Positions 55,729 through 64,000 of a stretch of DNA of 64,000 nucleotides are shown here, piece by piece. The position numbers and the translations under genes were made by a program. Origin of the DNA: Bryobacterales bacterium (GTDB lineage: Bacteria; Acidobacteriota; Terriglobia; Bryobacterales; Bryobacteraceae); NCBI GenBank assembly GCA_963718465.1, contig CAVQZK010000015.1, positions 1,184 through 65,183 on the forward strand, read 5' to 3'. The notes beneath the pieces were generated by a model. That model was not told the DNA's origin, ran no database searches, and saw only the letters and a list, made by a program, of their open reading frames with translations. Numbering within the stretch: the stretch's first letter is position 1; every line of letters begins with the position of its first letter.

Positions 55729-57588
55729 TTAGCTGCCGTCTCTCACGCAACGGAAGCCAACTACCGGCGAACCCAGATCTCTGGGATAGCCACGCCGCAT
55801 ATAAGTTTTCCAGAAAACGGCGGCATTCGGGTTCGATCCGAAGAATCCGCCTTTGAGTACCTTCCACTCCCTCGAAAAGTGATTGCTGCCGAGCACCTTT
55901 CGTAGATCTTTCAGCTCCGTATCGCCGTAGGGGAATCGTCCCGTGGTCCATTCTGCGGCATTGCCAGCCATGTTGTAAGAGGAGTACGGAGAGACGCGTT
56001 TCGGATAACTTCGCACGCTTTGCATTTCAGCCGGTGCATCGGTCCATTCGGCATTGCCCCATGGATAAATGCGTCCGTCGATTCCGCGCGCCGCTTTCTC
56101 CCACTCTTTTTCGTTGGGCAAACGCTTGCCCAGCCATCGGGCGAACGCTTCGGCATCGTCGAACGAGACGTTAGTAACTGGAAAGTCGAAATGCGCCGTG
56201 AAATTTGGTGAAGTGGGAGGCTTGTGCCCAGACTCATCGCAGAACTGTTTATATTGCGCGTTGGAAACCTCTGTCTCGTCAATGTAGAAGGCCGGTAGGG
56301 TGACGGTCTCTTGTTCATTTGGTGAGGTATGGTCGTCACTGTTTCCAAAGACAAATGCCCCCGCCGGAACAAGGTGCATCCGGCCGCCTAAACGGTCGAT
56401 GTAAACGCTGTTGACGCTCGCGGCAGGTGTTGATTTGCCAGTTTCGCTGGAAGCAGCGATCGGCGCGTGAATGTCTGCTAATCCGCCTTTGGAGGAGGGC
56501 CGGAGGAAAAACAGATAAACGCCCGCGGCAACCGCTACCAATGCCAGGATAATAATGCCCGGTATGAGCCACCTGGGCGGCGAAGATGAAGGAACAGCCG
56601 GTGTCGGCGCGGGATGAACCGGTTGCAATGCAGATGAGGATACGCGCGGCGCAGCGGGCGCCTGCATGGAAACGATGGAAGGCTGCGGACCGCTCATTTG
56701 CGTCTGATCTTCCGGCGATATGCACGGTTCAGCAAGACGGATTGCGGGCCGCAACGATAGGGGTGCGGAGGTAGCGCCGAAACTGTTCAAAGCCGCGACT
56801 AGATCGGCCGGAGTGGAGTACCGGTCTTCGGGTTTCTTTTCAAGGAGTTTCGAAACGATGGCACAGAACTCATCGGGCACCTTAGGGCTTAATACTCTGA
56901 GGTCCGGCGGGGGTGTCTGAACATGGGCGATCTCTATAGCCCGGCTTGAATCGCCTTCAAAAGGACGGTGACCGGAGAGTAACTCAAAGAAGACTACGCC
57001 CAGCGAGTAGAGATCGCTGCGTGAATCGCAGCGTTCACCCTGCACTTGTTCAGGGCTCATGTAGTAAACCGTGCCCAGGCGCTCAGTTGCGGCAGTAAGA
57101 GCGCTTGGAACGTCGGCGGCTTTTGCAATACCGAAATCCAGCACCAGGATGCGGCCATTTTGATCGAGATAAAGGTTAGACGGTTTCAGATCGCGGTGCA
57201 CAACGCCCTTCGCGGAAGCCCAAACCAGAGCGTCGGCCACCTGGCAAGTGATGCAGGCGGCATCGAGCGGAGCCAGTCTGCGATTTCGGGCTAAATACTT
57301 GGCGAGATCTTCGCCTTCGACATACTGCATGATTAGGTAATACAAACCATTACTCGCGCCGATGTCAAAGATAGGAACAATGTTAGGCTGGCCGGCGAGG
57401 GTAGCGGCGGTGCGCGCCTCCTGAACAAAACGGGCTACAATCCGCTGGTCTTCGGCAAGTTCTGTCGATAGAACCTTTACCGCGAACAAGGCTCCGTGAA
57501 TGCGGTGACGGGCCAAAAAAACGTCCGCCATACCGCCGCCGCCGATCCAGCGCAGAATTTCATACTTGTCGGCTAAAGCCTCAGTCAA
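55729..57588 (-). CDS. Hanks-type Ser/Thr protein kinase fused through a TM helix to an FGE/SUMF1-like domain
   Basis: Kinase: GGGGMADVFLA, AVKVL, HRDLKPSN, DFGIA, YMSPEQ. TM: IPGIIILALVAVAAGVYLFF. C-terminus: RVSPYSSYNMAGNAAEWT..VLKGGFF..RRGY. TTG start. Confidence 0.88.
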   Translation of the reverse strand: MTEALADKYEILRWIGGGGMADVFLARHRIHGALFAVKVLSTELAEDQRIVARFVQEARTAATLAGQPNIVPIFDIGASNGLYYLIMQYVEGEDLAKYLARNRRLAPLDAACITCQVADALVWASAKGVVHRDLKPSNLYLDQNGRILVLDFGIAKAADVPSALTAATERLGTVYYMSPEQVQGERCDSRSDLYSLGVVFFELLSGHRPFEGDSSRAIEIAHVQTPPPDLRVLSPKVPDEFCAIVSKLLEKKPEDRYSTPADLVAALNSFGATSAPLSLRPAIRLAEPCISPEDQTQMSGPQPSIVSMQAPAAPRVSSSALQPVHPAPTPAVPSSSPPRWLIPGIIILALVAVAAGVYLFFLRPSSKGGLADIHAPIAASSETGKSTPAASVNSVYIDRLGGRMHLVPAGAFVFGNSDDHTSPNEQETVTLPAFYIDETEVSNAQYKQFCDESGHKPPTSPNFTAHFDFPVTNVSFDDAEAFARWLGKRLPNEKEWEKAARGIDGRIYPWGNAEWTDAPAEMQSVRSYPKRVSPYSSYNMAGNAAEWTTGRFPYGDTELKDLRKVLGSNHFSREWKVLKGGFFGSNPNAAVFWKTYMRRGYPRDLGSPVVGFRCVRDGS

Positions 57589-57838
57589 TTGCTGGGATAC
57601 TTGGTCGCGGGTCAGGGGCAGATCCTTTCGATGCAGAGCTTTCTAAAGTTGGCAGTTCAGAGAAAGAATATTCCAATCTACACACATTGTTTATAGGCCA
57701 GCGTGTAGTAGTACCTTAGTACCAATTTCCACAAACGGCAACGACTTACAGAAAAGGCCGAATATGCTATCCTACAGCAACGTGCCGGGAGCATTTGTAG
57801 AAATACCAGATCGGCTAAATCCTTTCAGATCAACCCGG

Positions 57839-58894
57839 ATGCGACCATTTCTATGCATTGTGCTGTCAATGCTGCTGTGCTTTTCGGCCGCCGCCGCCCG
57901 GCAGGTCGATCCTTCAGCGTTTCACATTGCAATCATCGATGGAGAAGGCGCCCTCAACAATATTCAAGGGAGAGTGGCGCGCGAACCGGTCGTTCAGGTA
58001 GAAGACAAGAACCGCAAACCGGTGGCTGGCGCATACGTGGAATTCGACACGCCCAGCAATGGCGCGGGAGCGACTTTTGCCAACGGCTCAACGCATTTTG
58101 CCACGACGACGAATAGCGACGGCCTGGCGACCGCCTCGGGTCTCCGGAATAACAGCGTAGCCGGTTCGTTTTCGATTGTCGTTCATGTTTCGTACCAGGG
58201 CCAGAGTATTGGTGAACTGAGTATTCACCAGACAAACGTGACGAAGAAGGTCGCGAACATTTCGAACACTCTGCAAAACGAACCAAAGACCTCGACCAAC
58301 GACATCTCCGCCACATCGAGTTCAGTGTCGAATGCTTCAGGTGTCCTGGGAGTTGCGCTCGGCGACCAATTCCTGGTGAATGGCAGTTCAATTCCCGGCA
58401 ATGCCAATCTGCTTCCAGGCACTCGCATCCAGACAGTCGGCAGTCCTACCACCCTTTTTCTACACGACCACTGCGAGTACTTGGTGGGCCCTCATTCTTC
58501 CGTTTTAATTCAGCCAAAGCTGGTGACAGTAGAAAGCGGGGCAGTTCGCGCTAAGCATTCGGGAAACTGCAAGGTGGGTTACGGCGGCTTATGGGTTTGG
58601 GGTTCTGATCCTAACGCGGACGGTGTCGTGGCAATTGTAGGCGACAACATGGAAGTCGGTTCGGTAAACGGGCGGCTGGAAGTAGCGAACACAATGGGTG
58701 AAATGGTTGGGCAAGTCCCTTCAGGTTCGGTTTCTACTTTCGGTACAGCCACGGTTGCCAGCGGCGCCACGGCCGGCGCTGCAGGGATGTCCGGAAGAAG
58801 AGCACTCGCATTGGGAATGGGCGTTGGCGTCGGCTTAGCTGGATTAGGGGTCGCAGTAGCGGCCTTTGCGCAAGCCGCATCCACTAGTCCGTAG
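57839..58894 (+). CDS. Exported protein of unknown function with C-terminal hydrophobic anchor
   Basis: ATG 57839 gives signal peptide MRPFLCIVLSMLLCFSAAAA. It has an Ig-like region (VVQVEDKNRKPVAGAYVEFD..SFSIVVHVSYQG), a FecR-like middle part and a Gly/Ala-rich C-terminal TM. Confidence 0.7.
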   Translation: MRPFLCIVLSMLLCFSAAAARQVDPSAFHIAIIDGEGALNNIQGRVAREPVVQVEDKNRKPVAGAYVEFDTPSNGAGATFANGSTHFATTTNSDGLATASGLRNNSVAGSFSIVVHVSYQGQSIGELSIHQTNVTKKVANISNTLQNEPKTSTNDISATSSSVSNASGVLGVALGDQFLVNGSSIPGNANLLPGTRIQTVGSPTTLFLHDHCEYLVGPHSSVLIQPKLVTVESGAVRAKHSGNCKVGYGGLWVWGSDPNADGVVAIVGDNMEVGSVNGRLEVANTMGEMVGQVPSGSVSTFGTATVASGATAGAAGMSGRRALALGMGVGVGLAGLGVAVAAFAQAASTSP

Positions 58895-58912
58895 ATCAGT
58901 TAACGTTCCGGC

Positions 58913-59320
58913 TTATACCACTGCCCAGTTCACCAATATGAGTGGCGCGCCAATCCGCTCATAATACCGTATATTGTTACTGACGAGAACCGCGCCGGCG
59001 GCAAGCGAGTGGGCCGCGATCATCATGTCTGTCTCGCCAATAAGCTGGCCCGATACTGAGAGCTGGTGGCGGATATCGGCATATTGGTCCGCGGCCTCGT
59101 CATCCCAAGGCACGCATCTGACAATCTTCAGAAATTGGCGAACCCCAAAGCGAATAGGATGATTTAACGGCAGCCGCTTTAGCCCGAACATCAATTCGGC
59201 ACGCGTCATTACAGAGATGCAGACATCGGATTGCGGTATAGCGGCAAGCTTCGCTTGAACTTGTTGTGGACGAACTTTGATGGCATAGCTCGCCATGTCA
59301 GTGTCAAGCATGTATAGCAT
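58913..59320 (-). CDS. vapC: PIN-domain toxin VapC
   Basis: MLYMLDTDMASY.. provides the first acidic residues, and ..GETDMMIAAHSLAAGAVLVSNN is a typical PIN C-terminus. It lies 11 nt downstream of its antitoxin. Confidence 0.88.
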   Translation of the reverse strand: MLYMLDTDMASYAIKVRPQQVQAKLAAIPQSDVCISVMTRAELMFGLKRLPLNHPIRFGVRQFLKIVRCVPWDDEAADQYADIRHQLSVSGQLIGETDMMIAAHSLAAGAVLVSNNIRYYERIGAPLILVNWAVV

Positions 59321-59331
59321 TCAGTAGCGGT

Positions 59332-59670
59332 TCAGCCTTTAAAGAGATCGCGATCTATTGGCGGTACGTTCATTGGACGGTCGGACATGAAATCTTCGGG
59401 GACGTCAATCGAATTCATCAGTTCGAAAAAATCTTGCCACATCCGCGATCCGGAATTATCCGAATTGCTGTCTCTGCTTGAGTCAGCGTCGCGCCCCCCC
59501 GTGCGTCTCTTGGATGTTGCAGTTCCGCTCATTGGTACTCCCTCAATATCTGTAGTGAGTTTTTGCTCGACTGCCTCAATAAAGAACTCCCTGAGCGAGA
59601 TACCAGATCTAGCTGATAGGGTTTTGACGCGCCTAAGGATTTCATCCGGCAATTCAACAGTCGTACGCAT
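59332..59670 (-). CDS. vapB: VapB-type antitoxin (RHH-like N-terminus, long disordered linker)
   Basis: MRTTVELPDEILRRVKTLSARSGISLREFFIEAVEQKL, then a Ser/Arg/Asp-rich linker. The C-terminal toxin-binding-like tail is VPEDFMSDRPMNVPPIDRDLF. Confidence 0.8.
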   Translation of the reverse strand: MRTTVELPDEILRRVKTLSARSGISLREFFIEAVEQKLTTDIEGVPMSGTATSKRRTGGRDADSSRDSNSDNSGSRMWQDFFELMNSIDVPEDFMSDRPMNVPPIDRDLFKG

Positions 59671-59730
59671 ATGACATAATTATGCCATATCAAAGAAACT
59701 TCCGCAAATACTTATTTCAAGTAACTGAAA

Positions 59731-61026
59731 CTAAAGAATCGGGAGGAAGCTGCGCTCCTGCAGCCCTAGGTCGCTCAGCCCCGAAATGCTCAGGTCTACC
59801 AGCTGATTCGAGGCGCGCTCTTGCGACATCCGCACCCTGAGGAAATTCGATGTCAGCGCCACCCCATGCTGCTCAAGCGTCACCGCCGAAAGCGTCTTGC
59901 CGGCCATCCGCTGGCGGAACTCACGATTCTTGCGGTCTGAAAAACTGCGCAAAATTCGCGTCCGTTCTTGCCTCACCGGCGCCGGAACGGCATTTCCCTG
60001 CCCCGCCGCCAGGGTGCCCGGCCGCTCAGAATAAGTAAACACGTGCAGATAAGTGAACGGCTGATCGTCAACAAATTTCACCGTCTCTCCGAATTCCGCT
60101 TCCGTCTCCCCTGGAAAACCAGTCATCACATCCGCGCCGATGGCCGCATCCGGTGCTAATCTATTTGCAATTGCCAAGCGGCTGGCATAGTGCCTGGTCC
60201 GGTACTTCCGGTACATGCGTTTCAAAACAGCGTCGCTTCCCGATTGCAGCGGAATATGAAAATGCTTGGCGATTCGCGGCTCGAAAGCAATCAGTTCCAG
60301 CAGTTTATTGCTCCAATCCATCGGTTCGATTGAGCTGATTCGCAGCCGCCGAACATCTGTCTCTCGTAGGATTGAGCGCAGTAAATCTGTGAACCGCTCT
60401 TCACCCGGCAAATCTCGGCCCCAGCGGCCCAGGTTAATACCGCTCAGCACAACTTCGCAGTAGCGCTCCGACAGATCGCGAATCTGTTCAATCACGCTAG
60501 CGGCTGAGGCGCTCCGGCTCCGCCCGCGGACAGTGGGAATGATGCAAAACGAGCAGCGGTTACTACAGCCGTCCTGAACTTTCAAATTGGGGCGAGTCCG
60601 ATCATCGCGTACATCGCGAACCGGCGCTGTTAGAAAATCCCGCTGCCTGGCCATCTCGCTAACCAGTACTTGACCGTGATAGTCCTCGGTTGGCAAGGTC
60701 ACAATATCGGCAATCCTCGTCTTATGCGAATTGCCGACTACCCAGCGCACCCCTTCAATAGTTGCGAGTTCTTCCGGCGCTCGCTGCGCATAACAGCCGG
60801 TTACCAGAATGTCGGCGGCGGGGTGATCGCGGTGCATAGTCCGAATTGTGCGGCGCGCGTCCACATCAGCGCTGTGCGTGACCGTGCAAGTGTTCAGAAC
60901 GACGAGATCGGCGGAAGCCGCCTCGCGCACGGGAAGATAACCCTGATCCTCGAGCGATGCCTCAATGGCTGCGCCATCGGCCTGCGAAGCCCGGCATCCG
61001 AAACTTTGAACAAATACGCGCTTCAC
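59731..61026 (-). CDS. mtaB: Radical-SAM methylthiotransferase, MtaB-like
   Basis: N-terminal Cys triad (FGCRASQ..NTCTVT..TGCYAQ) and radical-SAM CSNRCSFCIIP. 431 aa, GTG start. Confidence 0.85.
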   Translation of the reverse strand: MKRVFVQSFGCRASQADGAAIEASLEDQGYLPVREAASADLVVLNTCTVTHSADVDARRTIRTMHRDHPAADILVTGCYAQRAPEELATIEGVRWVVGNSHKTRIADIVTLPTEDYHGQVLVSEMARQRDFLTAPVRDVRDDRTRPNLKVQDGCSNRCSFCIIPTVRGRSRSASAASVIEQIRDLSERYCEVVLSGINLGRWGRDLPGEERFTDLLRSILRETDVRRLRISSIEPMDWSNKLLELIAFEPRIAKHFHIPLQSGSDAVLKRMYRKYRTRHYASRLAIANRLAPDAAIGADVMTGFPGETEAEFGETVKFVDDQPFTYLHVFTYSERPGTLAAGQGNAVPAPVRQERTRILRSFSDRKNREFRQRMAGKTLSAVTLEQHGVALTSNFLRVRMSQERASNQLVDLSISGLSDLGLQERSFLPIL

Positions 61027-61103
61027 TGCCGCGAATCAACCCTTTCTCTTACAGTTTATAAAGGTTGAGTGTCCGGCTCGTCAGCGGGTGCCATACTAAT
61101 GAC

Positions 61104-61503
61104 TGCCTGCGCGTTCGGGCAACTGCTGGATACGGCCGCGTTACGCGGCCGGTCGAGAGGAAAGTCCGGTCTTCATAGGGCAGCATGCCGGCTAACGGCC
61201 GGGGGTTTGCGCTCAAAGCGCACGCTACGGATAGTGCCACAGAAAATATACCGCTGGCCGGGCAACCGGCGAGTAAGGGTGAAAAGGTGCGGCAAGAGCG
61301 CACCGCGGATCGAGTAATCGGATCTGGCAGGGAAAACCCCATGTGAAGCAAGACCAAATAGGGGAGGAGGAGCGGCCCGCTCCGTTACAACTTCCGGGTA
61401 GGTCGCTGGAGCCATTCAGTAATGTTTGGCCTAGAAGAATGGTTGCTACCTGTCCGGCTTGCCTGGCGGGCACAAAAACCGGCTTATAGAATCGCGCAGG
61501 CAA
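61104..61503 (+). ncRNA. rnpB: RNase P RNA, bacterial type A
   Basis: Universal blocks are present: GAGGAAAGTCCGG, CACAGAAAATATACCGC, AAGGGTGAAAAGGTGCGGCAAGAGCGCACCG, GCAAGACCAAATAGGGG, CACAAAAACCGGCTTAT. The P1 pairing GCCTGCGCG (61105-) with CGCGCAGGC (-61501) sets the ends to within a few nt. Confidence 0.9.
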
Positions 61504-61558
61504 GATTGAAACGGCCCGCCGGGGCTTATGACTGCACACTGTTAAAATAGGTACTCGA

Positions 61559-61729
61559 ATGGCGATCAGCAAAGATCTGCTCGAAATCCTTGTCTGCCCC
61601 GTATGTAAAGCCAAGGTCGTCCTCAAAGAGGATGCAAGCGGATTGAAATGTGTGGAGTGTCACCGCGTCTACCCGATTCGCGAAGATCTCCCTATCATGT
61701 TAAAAGATCAGGCGACAGTTGAGGGCTAG
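61559..61729 (+). CDS. Trm112/UPF0434-family zinc-ribbon protein (56 aa, below ORF-track cutoff)
   Basis: MAISKDLLEILVCPVCKAKVVLKEDASGLKCVECHRVYPIREDLPIMLKDQATVEG matches the family pattern LLEILVCPxCK..CxxC..YPI.dgIP.ML. It ends 5 nt before the next gene. Confidence 0.85.
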   Translation: MAISKDLLEILVCPVCKAKVVLKEDASGLKCVECHRVYPIREDLPIMLKDQATVEG

Positions 61730-61734
61730 TCGCC

Positions 61735-62649
61735 ATGACGGTGCTGGAGCGATTGCCCGAAGGTGCCCGTACGGCGATTATTCGCCTTCGCTCACTCGGA
61801 GATTGCGTGCTGACCACTCCGGCCATCGCCCTTCTCAAGCGCTGGCGGCCAGACCTGGCGGTGGGCGTCTCCGTCGAAGATCGCTTCCGGACTGTCTTCG
61901 AAGGAAATCCGGCCGTCAATGAAATTCTGGCGCCCACTTGGCAAGCTGTACGCCGCTGGAAGCCCTCGCTTTGCGTGAATCTGCACGGCGGCACGCGCAG
62001 CCAGTGGATGACGGCGCTTTCGGGCGCGCGTTGGCGCGTTGGATTCGCCAATCACCATACAACTCTGGCGTACAATGTCAAAATCCCGCGAGCTCAACGA
62101 ATTCTCGGTGTAAACCGCACCGTGCATACGGCGGAACATCTGGCTTCGGCGTTCTTCGCCTTAGGCGTTCCCATCCAGGAAGTTCCGCGCGCGCAACTTT
62201 TCGCTTCCGAACCTCCCATCACGGGCCGCTACGCCGTCTTGCATCCGTTTGCATCCGCGCCCGAAAAGCAATGGCCTGCTGAGCGCTTTTGCGAGGTCGC
62301 CCGGTATTTGGATTTGTGGCGCATAACGCCCCTGTTTCTGGCTGGATCGGCCGATGATACTGGGGCGTTTGGCGCTCACCAAATCGTGCAGGGAGAGCTG
62401 AGCGATGCTAAATCGCTGCTCTCGAAAGCGAGCGTTTTTATTGGCAACGACAGCGGCCCGGCCCACATGGCGGCTGCGTTCGGCGTTCCCAGCGTGGTTC
62501 TGTTCGGCAATTCTAATCCGGCCGTCTGGAGCCCTTGGCGGACTGACTATGAGATCGTAGTTGGACCCGATGGTTTGCGCGAAGTGAGCGTCTCAAGAGT
62601 CATTGCCGCGCTGGAGCGCTTACGCATGTTTGAAGAGGCTCACGCTTGA
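61735..62649 (+). CDS. Glycosyltransferase family 9 (LPS heptosyltransferase-like)
   Basis: IIRLRSLGDCVLTTPAIALLK, ..FIGNDSGPAHMAAAFGVPSVVLFG. 304 aa. Confidence 0.85.
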   Translation: MTVLERLPEGARTAIIRLRSLGDCVLTTPAIALLKRWRPDLAVGVSVEDRFRTVFEGNPAVNEILAPTWQAVRRWKPSLCVNLHGGTRSQWMTALSGARWRVGFANHHTTLAYNVKIPRAQRILGVNRTVHTAEHLASAFFALGVPIQEVPRAQLFASEPPITGRYAVLHPFASAPEKQWPAERFCEVARYLDLWRITPLFLAGSADDTGAFGAHQIVQGELSDAKSLLSKASVFIGNDSGPAHMAAAFGVPSVVLFGNSNPAVWSPWRTDYEIVVGPDGLREVSVSRVIAALERLRMFEEAHA

Positions 62650-64000
62650 AAGATCTCTACCGTCTTCTGAGTTATGCGCGACGGTATATTCCGGCACTTG
62701 TTCTTTCCGTTCTTTTCATGGCCGTGGTAGGACTCTCTCAGGGTCTGCTTCTTAAGCTCATTCCGCTGGTCTTCGACCGGGTTCTTCAGCCGGACGCTCC
62801 TGACAAGCCCGCTCTGCTCTTCTCCGTTAAGTTCCTCCACACAAAAGTTTATTTGAACGACCTGGTGCCTTCGTCGGTGCACAACATCTGGACGATGGTC
62901 GCGATCGGCATTGTAACGTGTTTCATCGCGAAGGGCGTGTGTGATTACCTGGGCAACTACCTCGTGAACTGGGTAGGCATCAACGCGATTTTGGATCTCC
63001 GCCAGGAGGTGTTCGACCGGGTGCTGCACCAGGATGCCAAATTCTTTGAAGACAACGAGACCGGACGGATCATGTCGGCGATTATGATCGACATCGATCG
63101 TATTCAGGTGTCGGTTTCGAATATGCTGGCCGACTGGCTTCGGCAGATCTTCACGTTAATGGCCTGCCTGACGGTGATGATCTCTTATGATTGGAAACTG
63201 TCGCTGATCAGCTTGCTGGTGGTTCCGGTTGTGGCATTGCTTACCATGCGTCTCGGGCGGCGCATTCGCCGGACTACGCGCCACGCGCAGGATATGGCGG
63301 CCGGACTGAATCAAATACTGCAAGAGACAGTCAGCGGCCATCAGGTTGTAAAGAGTTTCGGTGCGGAAGATTTTGAATCGAAGCGCTTCAAACTAGCCGC
63401 CCATCGCCTGAAATTAGGCAATTTGCGCTATGTGCGCCACCAGGCGCTGGCCTCCCCGATTATAGAATTTTTTGGCGCCCTCACCATCATATTGTTGTTG
63501 GATTTGGCGCGGCAGCAGGCCAAAGGCGCGGCTATGACCGCAGGCACGTTCAGCGGCTTCGTCCTAGCCCTGGTGTTGCTGTATGAACCAATAAAACGGC
63601 TGACCAATATTCACAATATCTTTCAGCAAGGCATCGGAGCGGCCGGTGAAGTCTTCCGTTACCTGGACACCAGCCCCGATGTGATCGACAAACCCACTTC
63701 GGTTCGCATTGCCAAGTTCGAAAAAGCAATACGCTTCGAGGATGTTCGCTTCAGCTATCCCGCAGCTCCTGAACGGGCGGTTCTAGACGGCGTCAATCTG
63801 GAAGTAAAGGCCGACGAGATAGTAGCTCTCGTGGGCTTGAGCGGCGCCGGTAAGACGACCCTGGCCAATCTGGTACCCCGTTTTTACGACGTCACCGGCG
63901 GCTCCGTCGAAATCGACGGGCGCGACGTGCGCGACATCAAGCTGAGCAGTCTGCGCGAAAATATCAGCATCGTGGCGCAGGATACGTTCCTGTTCAACGA
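62646..64000 (+). CDS. msbA: Lipid A export ABC transporter ATP-binding/permease MsbA-like (3' partial, runs off window)
   Basis: Not in the ORF track because there is no stop. TTG 62646 overlaps the preceding stop. LKDLYRLLSYARRYIPALVLSVLFMAVVG.. covers six TM helices, followed by the NBD with Walker A GLSGAGKTT and ..QDTFLFN at the window edge. Confidence 0.88.
   Translation, partial: MKDLYRLLSYARRYIPALVLSVLFMAVVGLSQGLLLKLIPLVFDRVLQPDAPDKPALLFSVKFLHTKVYLNDLVPSSVHNIWTMVAIGIVTCFIAKGVCDYLGNYLVNWVGINAILDLRQEVFDRVLHQDAKFFEDNETGRIMSAIMIDIDRIQVSVSNMLADWLRQIFTLMACLTVMISYDWKLSLISLLVVPVVALLTMRLGRRIRRTTRHAQDMAAGLNQILQETVSGHQVVKSFGAEDFESKRFKLAAHRLKLGNLRYVRHQALASPIIEFFGALTIILLLDLARQQAKGAAMTAGTFSGFVLALVLLYEPIKRLTNIHNIFQQGIGAAGEVFRYLDTSPDVIDKPTSVRIAKFEKAIRFEDVRFSYPAAPERAVLDGVNLEVKADEIVALVGLSGAGKTTLANLVPRFYDVTGGSVEIDGRDVRDIKLSSLRENISIVAQDTFLFN

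Noticed and set aside
61049-61626. ORFs of 82-133 aa lie on both strands between mtaB and the Trm112-like gene.
   Set aside because: The region is explained by RNase P RNA.
1-64000. I looked for CRISPR arrays, IS elements or transposases, integrases, phage genes, rRNA and tRNA genes.
   Set aside because: I saw no regularly spaced repeats, no transposase, integrase or phage-like ORFs and no tRNA or rRNA signatures. The only repeats seen are the short ones listed as features.

Overview
GC-rich bacterial chromosome segment. The gene content looks Acidobacteriota-like: two ADOP-type orphan MacB-like permeases, a winged-helix/TolB-propeller regulator, a Ser/Thr kinase fused to an FGE domain, and YVTN beta-propellers. 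No rRNA, tRNA, CRISPR array, transposase or integrase was seen. The one RNA gene I can support is a type-A RNase P RNA (rnpB, about 61104-61503). Contents, left to right: (1) a minus-strand pentose operon with an intact SSS symporter and small membrane protein, followed by frame-broken isomerase, araB and araD; (2) exported beta-propeller, Cys-phosphatase, membrane protein and HD hydrolase; (3) an ADOP permease with one frameshift, behind a promoter that overlaps a perfect 18-bp palindrome; (4) a broken hicB; (5) an ECF sigma / FecR-like operon flanked by two exported unknowns; (6) a decayed CPBP-protease ORF; (7) mdtABC-type RND efflux genes; (8) a tightly packed six-gene operon joining an Opu-type importer, an exported unknown protein and a FtsX/ATPase pair; (9) glgP; (10) a Zn-ribbon protein; (11) a clan GH-A glycosidase with Fn3; (12) a second ADOP permease; (13) trmJ-like and speA; (14) an HD-GYP protein with a degenerate receiver; (15) a family-5 UDG; (16) a YncE-like propeller with an OmpR/HK pair; (17) an orphan CopG antitoxin; (18) a GMC oxidoreductase with Tat small subunit and FG-GAP protein, plus a divergent TIM-barrel epimerase; (19) an ankyrin/CxxCH/terpenoid-cyclase-like protein; (20) a signalling cluster (TPR, wHTH-TolB, STK-FGE, exported Big/FecR-like protein); (21) vapBC; (22) mtaB, rnpB, a Trm112-like mini-ORF, a GT9 heptosyltransferase and partial msbA. 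Main oddities: many single-base frame breaks, concentrated in the first 4 kb; two conserved genes that can only start at CTG; a composite ABC operon; several toxin-antitoxin relics; and unusual domain fusions. I found no clear-cut novel system. The candidates are ranked in the findings, and all functional calls rest on by-eye motif recognition with no searches run.
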